DNA of 64,000 bases from an uncultured Peptococcaceae bacterium (GCA_965544035.1 CBEULR010000006.1:60440-124439); one strand, 5' to 3'. Positions 40,719 through 50,326 are shown, numbered from the stretch's first letter. A program made the numbers and translations. Notes: generated by a model not told the origin, from the letters alone.

Positions 40719-40958
40719 CGGTCGTCTCCTTTCCCGGCCAGGCGGCTCTTGTGAAAACGTGCACAGCGCCGACCTATCGCCTTAGATTGTATACTGTATA
40801 TTTTAACACATAATAGCAAAAAGGCGGGCAGAATTCAACCTAAACAATTAATTATTTGTTACATTACAGGGGCTATGTCTTATAACGAGGACTGATTTGC
40901 TCTAATGTACCTACGAAATAATGCTTTTCGTCATGATTTTCAAGATAATGGACAGGTT

Positions 40959-42110
40959 TCAGTGATTTTGAGAATGGTAATCGGGCGCCTTAAACAGCGT
41001 CTTCAGCGCCCCGTAGATGTCCCTTTTTTCACGGATGACCACCGTTGTAAAGTTGGGGCGCCGGATCCCCTGATAGGCCGAACGCAGGGTGCTGGTATAG
41101 TAATACGGGCCCTCAATCTCCCCATATCCGACCAGGTTGGCATACCCGGCCAGTCTGTTCACCAGTGCCACGCACTGCTCATTGTCCGAGGACAGGTTAT
41201 CCCCATCCGAGAAATGAAAGGCATAGATGTTGTAATCGTCCGGCGGGTACCGGTCCTCAATAATCTCGAGTGCCAGCCGGTAAACCGAAGAACAGCGGGT
41301 GCCGCCGCTTTCCCCTTTGGTAAAGAACTCGTCCTCGGTGGTCTCCTTCGCCTCGGTGTGGTGGGCCAGGTAAACGATTTCCACATTCCGGTAGTTGTGC
41401 CACAGAAACCGCTTCATCCAGAAAAAGAAAGTCCGGGCAATATATTTCTCAAACGGTCCCATCGAACCGGAGGTATCCATCATCGCCAGCACCACGGCAG
41501 CAGACTGCGGTTTTTCACTCGTGTCCCAGACCCGGAAACACAGGTCTTCGGGCGTAATCGAGTGAAACCCCGGGCGGCCCCGCAGGGCGTTCTTCTTAAT
41601 CACATTAAGAATCGTGCGCCGGCGGTCGATATTGGCGGTGATCCCCTTCTTGCGCACGTCCTTAAACTCCAAGCCCTCGGCAGCAAGTTGCGGTTTGGCT
41701 TTTTGCTCCAGATGGGGCAGGTGGAGCTCATCGAATATGATTTCGGAGAGTTCTTCTATGGTGACCTCGGTTTCAAAATAATCAACACCGGGATCGGTCC
41801 CCGGTGCACGGTGGTTTCCTTTCCGTCCCGGTCTTTCGCCGGCCACCAGGTCTCCCGGTTGGCTGTCTCCCGCACCCTGACCGACCAGGTTCCGCTTGTT
41901 GTGGTCGAAGCGGAACCGGTACTCCTCGATAGCCCGTACCGGAACCTTCACCACCTTCCGACCGTCTGAAAGAATGATGCTCTCTTCGCTGATGATGTCC
42001 GCCAGGTTGTTTCTGATCGCCTCGCGGACTTTTTCCCGGTGGCGCTCCTGGTCCAGGTATCCCTTCCGGTGGAGCGACCAGTCCTCCCGACACACGGTAA
42101 AGCGGCTCAT
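40959..42110 (-). CDS. yhbH: sporulation protein YhbH (DUF444 / YeaH family)
   Basis: MSRFTVCREDWSLHRKGYLDQERHREKV... typical DUF444 N-terminus with a vWA-like C-terminal half. Immediately downstream of prkA. Confidence 0.85.
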   Translation of the reverse strand: MSRFTVCREDWSLHRKGYLDQERHREKVREAIRNNLADIISEESIILSDGRKVVKVPVRAIEEYRFRFDHNKRNLVGQGAGDSQPGDLVAGERPGRKGNHRAPGTDPGVDYFETEVTIEELSEIIFDELHLPHLEQKAKPQLAAEGLEFKDVRKKGITANIDRRRTILNVIKKNALRGRPGFHSITPEDLCFRVWDTSEKPQSAAVVLAMMDTSGSMGPFEKYIARTFFFWMKRFLWHNYRNVEIVYLAHHTEAKETTEDEFFTKGESGGTRCSSVYRLALEIIEDRYPPDDYNIYAFHFSDGDNLSSDNEQCVALVNRLAGYANLVGYGEIEGPYYYTSTLRSAYQGIRRPNFTTVVIREKRDIYGALKTLFKAPDYHSQNH

Positions 42111-42149
42111 ATCAACCCACCTCCCACTTCTCACCTCCCGCCTCCCACA

Positions 42150-44042
42150 TCACCTGTTCAAGAGACTGCCGATGTACCGCAGCAACTCATTGGCACACAC
42201 CGGACAGTAGCCGTGCTCCGCAGTTAATTCGGCGCTCACCTGGTTGATCCGTCTAAGTTGTTCCGCATCGGGTGCGCGGGATGAGGTTGTGATCTTCACC
42301 ACATCTTTCAAGTCGGTGAACAGCTTGCGCTCAATGGCCTCCTGCAGGCGTTTGTGGTTCCGGTACTCAAATCGTATCCCACGGCGGGCGTAGCTGGAGA
42401 GGCGGATCAGGATTTCCTCACGGAAGCTCCGCTTGGCGTTCTCAGACACTCCGATCTGCTCCTCGATTGACCGCATCAGTTCTTCGTCGGGTTCGAGTTC
42501 CTCATCGGTGATCGGATCGCGCAGGCGTACACCGTTGCAGTATGCCTCCAGGTTATCCAGATAGTTGTCGAATATGATTCGGGCCGCTTCTTCGTAAGAG
42601 CGCACGAAGGCCTTTTGGACCTCCCGCTTGGCCATCTCATCATACTCCCTGCGGACGACGGAAATAATGTTAAGATACCTCTCTCTCTCTTCACGCCCGA
42701 TGGAGGGATGCTGGTCCAAACCGTCCTTCAAGGCCCGCAACACGTCCAGCGCATTCACACATCCCGTTTCACTGCGAATCAGAACCGATGAAAGACGGTT
42801 GACGACATACCGCGGATCAACCCCGGTCATGCCTTCGTCCGGATCCTCGGCCCGCAGTTCCGGGACGTCCTGCAGACTATAGCCCTCGGTTTCCTCGCCG
42901 TCGTAGAGTTTCATCTTGGTCAGGGCGTCAACACCCTTCCGGGATTCCTTCAGCCGGGACAGTACCGAAAACATCGCCGCCACCCGCAGCGCGTGGGGCG
43001 CGATATGCACACCGCGAATATCGCTCTGGCCGATGAGCTTCTCATAAATCTTGATCTCTTCACTCACCCGGAGATTGTAGGGAATCTTGACCACAATCAT
43101 CCTGGAAACCAGGGCTTCATTCTTGCGGTTGCTGATAAAGGCTCTGTATTCGGCCTCGTTCGTATGGGCCACGATGAGTTCATCTGCGGAGATGAGTGCA
43201 TACCTCCCCGCCTTAAAATTCCCTTCCTGCGACAGGCTCAGGAGGTTCCACAAAAACTTCTCATCCAGCTTCAAGAGTTCCTGAAACTCCATCAGACCAC
43301 GGTTGGCGATATTGAGCTCTCCGTCGAAGCGGTAGGCACGGGGATCGGATTCGGCACCGTATTCGGCAATCGTCGAAAAGTCGATGCTGCCGGTCAGCTC
43401 CGCAATATCCTGCGACTTCGGATCGGAAGGAGAAAAAGTGCCGATCCCGACACGGTTTTCCTCGGAGAGCAGGATGCGCTCGACCGGGACATCTTCAATC
43501 CGCCCCTCATACTCGGTCTGGAGGCGCAGGCGACAGGACGGGCAGAGTTCACCCTCCACCCTCACCCCGTACTCCCTCTCAAAAACGGGACGCAGCTCCC
43601 GCGGGATCAGGTGGAGCGGCTCCTCATGCATAGGACATCCCTTGATCGCGTACACCGCCCCGTCCGGCGTACGGCTGTACTGTTCAAGACCGCGTTTCAG
43701 GAGAGTGACCAGGGTTGACTTGCCGCCGCTGACCGGCCCCATCAGCAGCAGGATGCGCTTGCGCACATCGAGCCGCCGCGCCGCGGGGTGAAAATAATCC
43801 TCAACCAGCCTCTCCAGTGTCTCGTCCAGCCCAAACAGCTCACGGTCGAAGAACTTGTATCGTTTAATACCGCCCCTCTCCTCAACACCGGCCGCCCTAA
43901 TCATATTGTAAATGCGGGAGTGCGCAAGCTGGGTGACCTGCGGTTTCTCGCGAACCAGTTCCAGATAGTCTGCGAATGAACCTTCCCAGGCCAATTCCTC
44001 TTCCTGCCTGCGAAACGATTCCAGGTGTCTGAAGAAGTTCAA
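42150..44042 (-). CDS. prkA: PrkA family serine protein kinase (AAA+ / YeaG family)
   Basis: WEGSFADYLELV and Walker A MGPVSGGKSTL; 630 aa. TTG start with GGAGG 6 nt upstream. Confidence 0.9.
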   Translation of the reverse strand: MNFFRHLESFRRQEEELAWEGSFADYLELVREKPQVTQLAHSRIYNMIRAAGVEERGGIKRYKFFDRELFGLDETLERLVEDYFHPAARRLDVRKRILLLMGPVSGGKSTLVTLLKRGLEQYSRTPDGAVYAIKGCPMHEEPLHLIPRELRPVFEREYGVRVEGELCPSCRLRLQTEYEGRIEDVPVERILLSEENRVGIGTFSPSDPKSQDIAELTGSIDFSTIAEYGAESDPRAYRFDGELNIANRGLMEFQELLKLDEKFLWNLLSLSQEGNFKAGRYALISADELIVAHTNEAEYRAFISNRKNEALVSRMIVVKIPYNLRVSEEIKIYEKLIGQSDIRGVHIAPHALRVAAMFSVLSRLKESRKGVDALTKMKLYDGEETEGYSLQDVPELRAEDPDEGMTGVDPRYVVNRLSSVLIRSETGCVNALDVLRALKDGLDQHPSIGREERERYLNIISVVRREYDEMAKREVQKAFVRSYEEAARIIFDNYLDNLEAYCNGVRLRDPITDEELEPDEELMRSIEEQIGVSENAKRSFREEILIRLSSYARRGIRFEYRNHKRLQEAIERKLFTDLKDVVKITTSSRAPDAEQLRRINQVSAELTAEHGYCPVCANELLRYIGSLLNR

Positions 44043-44116
44043 ACATGCACCTCCCCTGACTCTTATTGCGATCCTCTACACCGGTCTTTAGCCCTAAATA
44101 TATGCTCCGATACCGC

Positions 44117-44151
44117 GAAAAAGAAGAGCGGCCCCTTCTTCGGGGTCGCTC
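44117..44151 (-). terminator. terminator-like hairpin within the prkA upstream region
   Basis: Minus strand: GAGCGACCCC-GAAGAA-GGGGCCGCTC followed by TTCTTTTTC. It lies about 75 nt upstream of the prkA start. Confidence 0.4.
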
Positions 44152-44221
44152 GACACCAGCTGCGCCGACCGAGATAAGTGGCAAGACCTGACACAAAGCC
44201 TATTATGCACCAATAGAGGTG

Positions 44222-44251
44222 TTGCATTGACATAACAAGCAACGATATAAT
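44222..44251 (+). promoter_or_regulatory. candidate promoter of the 44310 gene
   Basis: TTGCAT (44222-44227), 18-nt spacer, TATAAT (44246-44251). An overlapping TTGACA (44227-44232) is spaced only 13 nt from the -10 box. Confidence 0.4.
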
Positions 44252-44309
44252 GTATAGCGAACAACCGGACATCATTAGAACTGCTTCTACAACTCAAGGA
44301 AGTGACATA

Positions 44310-45359
44310 ATGCGCACGTCAGTTCTAGTTCTGTTTGCCATAGCCGCAATTTTGGGTACTCCTTTGCCATCCCCGGCCGACCAGTCAGCCAGTTTGGTGA
44401 TCAACGGGCGAAAGATCACCGAAGAATCCCCCGTAATCCGGGACAGCCGAGCATTCGTGCCGCTCCGTCTGGTCTCTGAGAAACTGGGGGCGAAGGTTTA
44501 CTGGGACCCGTCCCAACGCACCATAGATGTCGCCAACACGCATTCCGAGATCCGCTTGTTCCTGAACAGTCCGGTGGCCTTCCACAATGCCCGGCGCTTC
44601 ACCCTGGACACCGCACCCTTCCTGATCGGAAACCGGACATATGTCCCGCTCCGCTTCGTGGCAAACGGGCTGGGCGCCAACGTACACTATGACCAGTCGA
44701 GCCGAACGGTCAGCATCAGCACCTCAAGCCATGCCCGGGTTTCCGCGCCGGGCCCGAATGTGCGGGAGTACTATGCCACGAGTGAGGATACCCTGTGGAC
44801 CATCGCGCAAAAGTTCAACACAACCGTCCAGGCCATCATGAAAACCAATCGCCTGAATTCGGACCTGATTACACCCGGTCAGCTTCTGTTTATCCCGACA
44901 GACGGAAGGGCTGTCAACACCGCCTCGCGAAGCCTTCCGGTGGGACAGGCCCGTCCCGGCTGCGGTGAACTGCTGGAATGGAAATACGCCAACTGGCTGT
45001 TTAACCACCACAGCACGGCCGTCATTCACGACCTCTGGTCCGGAAAACGCTTCCGCGTCTTCCGTATCGGGGGCGGTCTGCACGCCGACTGCGAACCGCT
45101 GACCGCCCAGGACACCGCGGTGATGAAATCGGTCTACGGCGGACAGTGGAGCTGGAACACCCGACCGGTCATCGTCGAGGTCGAAGGCAGACGCCTGGCC
45201 GCCTCCATAAACGGAATGCCCCACGGATTCGACACCCTGCCGGATAACGGATTTAACGGCATGTTTTGTGTCCATTTCTGGAAAAGCCGCAATCACAACA
45301 CAGGACAGGAAAACCCCAACCATCAGCTCAATGTGCAGCGTGCCGCCGGACTGAAATAG
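44310..45359 (+). CDS. secreted protein: copper-amine-oxidase-N-terminal (stalk) domain + LysM + uncharacterised C-terminal domain
   Basis: Signal peptide MRTSVLVLFAIAAILG, stalk domain (AFVPLRLVSEKLGAKVYWD; YVPLRFVANGLGANVHYD) and LysM (TLWTIAQKFNTTVQAIMKTNRL). I did not recognise the last ~150 aa. Confidence 0.75.
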   Translation: MRTSVLVLFAIAAILGTPLPSPADQSASLVINGRKITEESPVIRDSRAFVPLRLVSEKLGAKVYWDPSQRTIDVANTHSEIRLFLNSPVAFHNARRFTLDTAPFLIGNRTYVPLRFVANGLGANVHYDQSSRTVSISTSSHARVSAPGPNVREYYATSEDTLWTIAQKFNTTVQAIMKTNRLNSDLITPGQLLFIPTDGRAVNTASRSLPVGQARPGCGELLEWKYANWLFNHHSTAVIHDLWSGKRFRVFRIGGGLHADCEPLTAQDTAVMKSVYGGQWSWNTRPVIVEVEGRRLAASINGMPHGFDTLPDNGFNGMFCVHFWKSRNHNTGQENPNHQLNVQRAAGLK

Positions 45360-45448
45360 GACAACAATCAACCTCACCGATTCGCCGGGAGATACATATT
45401 ATGGCATCAAATGTACTCCCTACCACGTTTACCGGTGGAGGTTGAATC

Positions 45449-47206
45449 ATGAAGACACCCATAAGAGCCCTTTTCTCAGCCATCCGCAGCTTGTTCGGCC
45501 GCAAACCCGAAGGCGGGGCGCAATTGGTCCCGGACCGCTTCCTGGTCAGATTCAAGGACGGTATCGCGGAAGACACCAGGTGTTCGATTAATGCGATCCA
45601 CGGTTGCCGGCAGGTCGAATCAATCCCTGGAATCAACGTCCAGGTTCTGACCGTTCCCAAAGGCAGAACTCTGCACGACATGCTCAAGATCTACCAGCGC
45701 AATCCGCATGTGGAATTTGCCGAACCCGATTACATCGCCTATGCGGCCGTGATCCCGGACGATCCCTACTTTCAAACCTACCAGAAGAGCCTGCACAAGA
45801 TCGGTGCCCCCGCAGCCTGGGAGATAACCACAGGAAGCGCTGGGGTTACCGTCGCCGTATTGGATACCGGGGTGATGCTCACGCATGCAGATCTGTCGGG
45901 CAGGCTGGCAGATGGGTACGACTTTATCAACGACACGGATAGACCGGATGATGACAACGGACACGGCACCGGGGTGGCCGGCGTCATCGGTGCGGTGACC
46001 AATAACGGACAGGGTATCGCCGGCATTACCTGGCAGAATCCGCTGATGCCGGTCAAAGTACTGAATCGCAACGGGTCGGGCAACTACAGCGTTATCGCCA
46101 AAGGGATCATCTATGCGGCCGATCAGGGGGCAAGGGTCATCAACCTGAGTCTGGGCGGTTCTCAAAGCTCGGCAACGCTCAAACAGGCGATAGACTACGC
46201 CCAGCGCAAGAAGGCGGTGGTCGTCGCTGCGGCGGGGAATTCAAACGGACCGGTGCTATATCCCGCGAAGTATCCGAACGTGATCGCCGTGGCTGCCGTC
46301 GACAACAGCGACCAGCGCGCGAGCTACTCCAATTACGGGCCGGAGGTATCGGTATCCGCCCCTGGGAACAACGTCTGGAGCACCACTCTGGGCGGCGATT
46401 ACAGGCCCCACACCGGCACGTCCTTCGCCTGCCCCATGGTGGCCGGGCTGGCCGGTTTGATTCTGAGCCTCAAGCCCGAACTCAGTCCCCATCAGGTAAG
46501 GGAGATTATCGAAAAGGGGGCCGTCGATCTGGGAAGCCCCGGCTGGGATAAGTACTACGGCTGGGGAAGGATCGACTTGGCGGCCTCACTTTCCGCGATC
46601 GGCAAAACCGCCACCCACCCACAGCCGGACCCCGCACCCGTCGTCCGTATCGCTTCTCCCGCTGCCGGATCTGTTGTCAGGGACGTCGTCAACATCGAGG
46701 CCGTGGTGCGCAAAGATGTTACGGTAAGCGGTGTGGAATTCCTGATCAACGAAGAGGTCGCGGCTTCTGTGAACCAAAGCCCCTACATTTATTCTTGGGA
46801 TACGACCGCACTGGATGAGGGCAACTACCGGCTGCAGGCCGCCGTTTACCATCCCGACGACAACCGGGTGGTCTCCGATCCCGTAAGTGTAAACGTGGTT
46901 CAATCCGGCCCGCTGGTGTTCACCGGCCGGGTTGACAGGAACAATAATCCACGCGCCACCCATCGTTTCACCGTAAGCAGCGCCGGGCGTTTTGAGGCCA
47001 CCCTGTCCTGGAGTTTGGGTTTTGCGGATTTGGATCTTTATCTGTATGATCCAAAGGGCACCCTGATCAGGTCATCCACCGACTCTTCCTTCTGGAGACA
47101 GAAAGAGGTTATGTCGCTAAACCTGATCAGACCGGGATCTTACACCCTGGCCGTCACCGCCGCATCCGGGCGGGCTAATTACCGGCTGACGGTCATCCGT
47201 AAGTGA
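45449..47206 (+). CDS. secreted S8 (subtilisin-like) serine protease with C-terminal Ig-like/pre-peptidase domains
   Basis: Catalytic triad blocks VAVLDTGV, HGTGVAGVIG and GTSFACPMVAG, with an N-terminal I9-like propeptide. Confidence 0.85.
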   Translation: MKTPIRALFSAIRSLFGRKPEGGAQLVPDRFLVRFKDGIAEDTRCSINAIHGCRQVESIPGINVQVLTVPKGRTLHDMLKIYQRNPHVEFAEPDYIAYAAVIPDDPYFQTYQKSLHKIGAPAAWEITTGSAGVTVAVLDTGVMLTHADLSGRLADGYDFINDTDRPDDDNGHGTGVAGVIGAVTNNGQGIAGITWQNPLMPVKVLNRNGSGNYSVIAKGIIYAADQGARVINLSLGGSQSSATLKQAIDYAQRKKAVVVAAAGNSNGPVLYPAKYPNVIAVAAVDNSDQRASYSNYGPEVSVSAPGNNVWSTTLGGDYRPHTGTSFACPMVAGLAGLILSLKPELSPHQVREIIEKGAVDLGSPGWDKYYGWGRIDLAASLSAIGKTATHPQPDPAPVVRIASPAAGSVVRDVVNIEAVVRKDVTVSGVEFLINEEVAASVNQSPYIYSWDTTALDEGNYRLQAAVYHPDDNRVVSDPVSVNVVQSGPLVFTGRVDRNNNPRATHRFTVSSAGRFEATLSWSLGFADLDLYLYDPKGTLIRSSTDSSFWRQKEVMSLNLIRPGSYTLAVTAASGRANYRLTVIRK

Positions 47207-47214
47207 CCGGCGGT

Positions 47215-49221
47215 TCAGGGCACCGCCAGGGTGCCCTTTTCCGCCAGGGTCGTCATGTCGTATGCCTTGACCATACCGTCGGACAGGGTGTAGAGATTTT
47301 CACCGATGAAGAGAATGCGTTTGATATCAAGTTCGTGCGGACGGTGATCCTGTCCGGCCTTAAGGTAGTGCTCGCCCGTATGGTGTGTTAATCGCCCGCG
47401 CAGCTTGAATCCATCCTCGGAGGTCAGATGATAAACATAGGCGCCCTGGAAGGTGAAAGCACCGTACTCCCAGGATGCGGCGGCATCAGGCCGCTGAACT
47501 TCGGCCACGGTGACCGGGAAGGCCAGCAGGCCCTTTTCTCTGCTGAACAACAGCGCCTTGTGGTTATTCAAGACCTCGGAATGGGTTCCGCGGTCCCCGA
47601 TCCGGACGGCGTGCTTCTCCACCGGATTGCCGGCATCGGTCACATCAAAGAGTGCAATTTTCATCCCCTGTTCCCAGGCGAATCCCTGGCGGGTCACCGT
47701 CCCGTCGGGATTCTTCCGGACCGCCTCGACCGCGTCTTTCCCGAAACCAATCAGGTGATTCGCGTCGTAAGGATGCAGGTAGTTGCTGAATCCCGGAATC
47801 TTCAACGCTCCCAGAAGAGTCGGGTTGGACGGATCGGACAGATCGAACGCGAACAGCGGATCAATGGTCTTGAAGGTGACCACGTAACCCCGGTCACCCA
47901 TAAAACGGACGGAATAGATCCGTTCGCCCGGAGCGATATCCTTAATTTTCCCGGTAATGTTCAGATCCTTGTTCAGAACATACAGGCTGTTGGACCATTC
48001 GCCGCCCCACCGGCCGCCCTCGGTAACGGCTAACCGGAAATACCCGTCATACTCGTCCATTGAGAACTGGTTCAGCACGCTGCCGGGGACCTCCCCCTGT
48101 CCGCTGAAAACCAGCCGGGCGTTATCAAAGCTGAACCGGTAAATAGTAGTCTTATCCTCAGGGGGCAATACCGGCGGCATTATCTCCGCACTGACCCGTG
48201 ATAGGGATGACACCCCGTCAATCTCGGCTATCGGAAGCGGAATCGGACGCGGAACGACCGGTCTGTGCTGGATCGTGGTAGCGGCCACATACAGGTTATC
48301 CCTGGAAGCATAGACGTTCTCGCCCGCTCCCAGATAAGCGCCCAGCTCCATCTTCCGGCCGCTGTCCAGATTAAAGGATGCCGCCAGCAGGTAGTTGGGG
48401 ACCGAAAAACCGGGGAAATAGCAGATCTCCGTGCACGCAACGCGCTGATACCCGTCTCCCGCCGCCGTGTCCCGGTAGGCCGGTCTCAAATATTCCAGGT
48501 CTCCCCCGAACGGTTCACGAAGGAAATAATAATCCGGGTACTTGTTGGTGATCAGATAAACGTTCTTGTCAATCTTGCGCGAGGTGAGATACCGGCCCTC
48601 AACCTCAATCTCGCGCAGTTGTTTAATGCTGTTTTTGTCCCGGACGTCAAAGACGACAGCCTTGGTCGTTTCGGCAAGCGGACCAATCCGGGCAACGCGG
48701 TCTTGCGCCGTGTCTCGATGGGCGTAGGACATCCCCACCACGACCAGATGCTCGCCATCCACATACATCTCCCGGGGTTCGAAGGACTTGTCGGCAAAGC
48801 TGATTACCTTCTTCACGGCCATCTCACTCGCGGGAAGCGCCTGGATCACGATTACCCGCGATCGGTTAACCTGGTAAATATACGCACCGTCCGTCTTGAC
48901 AATATCGGCCTCGTCCACACCTTCTACCTGGATGTTGGTTCGAGAATAATCTGTCTCGTTTGCCGATGACTGCTCCATCTGTGGTGCGTCAGCCGCCGCA
49001 CGCTCTACGGCGACTTCGGCACCGCCCACGCGCAGTGAATACGTATAGTAGTCACCATACTTAAGACTTTCCTCGATCAACCTTGCCAGTTCCGCACAGG
49101 ATTTCACCCTCGGCAACTGATCCGCCGCCGGCGTCGGAGCTTCGGCGCTTCCGGCCGGTCCGGAAAACCCCAGCAGCAGCGTCAGCGCCGCGATACACAA
49201 TAGACTGATCCATCTGTACAT
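47215..49221 (-). CDS. secreted beta-propeller domain protein
   Basis: Signal peptide MYRWISLLCIAALTLLLG..AEA. 668 aa with repetitive beta-strand-rich architecture resembling the Beta_propel family. Family call is by resemblance only. Confidence 0.55.
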   Translation of the reverse strand: MYRWISLLCIAALTLLLGFSGPAGSAEAPTPAADQLPRVKSCAELARLIEESLKYGDYYTYSLRVGGAEVAVERAAADAPQMEQSSANETDYSRTNIQVEGVDEADIVKTDGAYIYQVNRSRVIVIQALPASEMAVKKVISFADKSFEPREMYVDGEHLVVVGMSYAHRDTAQDRVARIGPLAETTKAVVFDVRDKNSIKQLREIEVEGRYLTSRKIDKNVYLITNKYPDYYFLREPFGGDLEYLRPAYRDTAAGDGYQRVACTEICYFPGFSVPNYLLAASFNLDSGRKMELGAYLGAGENVYASRDNLYVAATTIQHRPVVPRPIPLPIAEIDGVSSLSRVSAEIMPPVLPPEDKTTIYRFSFDNARLVFSGQGEVPGSVLNQFSMDEYDGYFRLAVTEGGRWGGEWSNSLYVLNKDLNITGKIKDIAPGERIYSVRFMGDRGYVVTFKTIDPLFAFDLSDPSNPTLLGALKIPGFSNYLHPYDANHLIGFGKDAVEAVRKNPDGTVTRQGFAWEQGMKIALFDVTDAGNPVEKHAVRIGDRGTHSEVLNNHKALLFSREKGLLAFPVTVAEVQRPDAAASWEYGAFTFQGAYVYHLTSEDGFKLRGRLTHHTGEHYLKAGQDHRPHELDIKRILFIGENLYTLSDGMVKAYDMTTLAEKGTLAVP

Positions 49222-49299
49222 CCGGCAACCCCCTCACAAGAAAAATTATCCAACTACCCTTTTGCCAGAAAGACGCGGTCTAAACCGAAATGGTTTTCG

Positions 49300-49335
49300 G
49301 TATAACAAAACCCGTTGAGCGGTTGTCAACGGGTT
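49300..49335 (-). terminator. candidate terminator after the 40-aa ORF
   Basis: AACCCGTTG..CAACGGGTT (49309-49317 / 49327-49335), followed on the minus strand by TTGTTATAC. Confidence 0.4.
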
Positions 49336-49367
49336 ATCGCGCAAAAACGGATATTCCTCTTTTTCGG

Positions 49368-49490
49368 CTACTGCACCAGGGGCACCACGATATACGGGCG
49401 GTCATCCTCCAAGATGTCGGGCAGTTCTTCGGCGGACACAATGCGGTAGTTGACGTCATTGCCTTCGGACCAGGTCACCAGGTATTCCAT
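49368..49490 (-). CDS. small hypothetical protein, 40 aa
   Basis: Below the ORF-track cut-off. MEYLVTWSEGNDVNYRIVSAEELPDILEDDRPYIVVPLVQ. GGGAG Shine-Dalgarno sequence, its own downstream hairpin, and GC3-rich codons like its neighbours. Confidence 0.4.
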   Translation of the reverse strand: MEYLVTWSEGNDVNYRIVSAEELPDILEDDRPYIVVPLVQ

Positions 49491-49603
49491 ATGCTCCCGC
49501 TCCCTTCCGGCCGGATCATGTATACCTTATACTTTATACCTATCGTAACAAAGCGAAAGTCCGATGGCAAGAAGCGGCATGAGACCAATATGAAGAATAT
49601 CCC

Positions 49604-50326
49604 TCAGACTTTGAGACGGGTCAGCATGGCCCGGTTGGCCGCTTCCTCAAGGGTATCGTCCAGAGGCTGCAGGAATGCCTCTTCTCCTTGCCGTTCAAGC
49701 GCCAACCTGATAAACAAGTCGGTCAGCGCCGGGTTCTTGGGCAGCAGCGGGCCGTGCAGGTACGAACAAAAGACGTTCCGGTACCGGGCGCCCTCGGTTC
49801 CGTCCGTGCCGTTGTTTCCATACCCGGCCAGCACTTTGCCGAAGGGACGGATGTCTCCCAGGAAAGTCCGGCCGGCGTGGTTTTCAAAACCGGTGACCTT
49901 AACCATTCGCCCGGCGACCGGCACCTCGATCGCCACGTTCCCGACCAGCCGGTTGGTATCGGCCTGCGTGTAGAAGTCCAGCAGTTGTAACCCCGGAATT
50001 ATCCGGCCGCCCAATGTGCGGTAGTAGCGGCCGAGAATCTGGTAACCGCCGCAGATCGCCAGGACGACCAGGCCATCCTCTATCGCTTCTCCCAAATTGT
50101 CGCGCCGGGCCGCCAGATCCCGGGCAATCAGATCCTGTTCGCGATCCGCCCCCCCACCTATGAAGAGAAAGTCCGCGGCGCGAAAATCCACAGGATCGCC
50201 AAGATTGACCTCACGGATCCGGACCTCGATCCCCCGCCACTCGCAGCGGCGCCGAAAGGCGATGACATTTCCCCGGTCTCCGTAAAGATTCAGTATTTCG
50301 GGGTAGAGATGACAGACGGTGAGCAT
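49604..50326 (-). CDS. gatD: lipid II isoglutaminyl synthase, glutaminase subunit GatD (CobQ-type GATase)
   Basis: MLTVCHLYPEILNLYGDRGN N-terminus, catalytic AICGGYQ, and pairing with murT. Confidence 0.8.
   Translation of the reverse strand: MLTVCHLYPEILNLYGDRGNVIAFRRRCEWRGIEVRIREVNLGDPVDFRAADFLFIGGGADREQDLIARDLAARRDNLGEAIEDGLVVLAICGGYQILGRYYRTLGGRIIPGLQLLDFYTQADTNRLVGNVAIEVPVAGRMVKVTGFENHAGRTFLGDIRPFGKVLAGYGNNGTDGTEGARYRNVFCSYLHGPLLPKNPALTDLFIRLALERQGEEAFLQPLDDTLEEAANRAMLTRLKV

Noticed and set aside
44044-44046. ATG just upstream of prkA as its start codon
   Set aside because: It is out of frame with the PrkA ORF. The in-frame TTG at 44042, with GGAGG 6 nt upstream, fits the family N-terminus.
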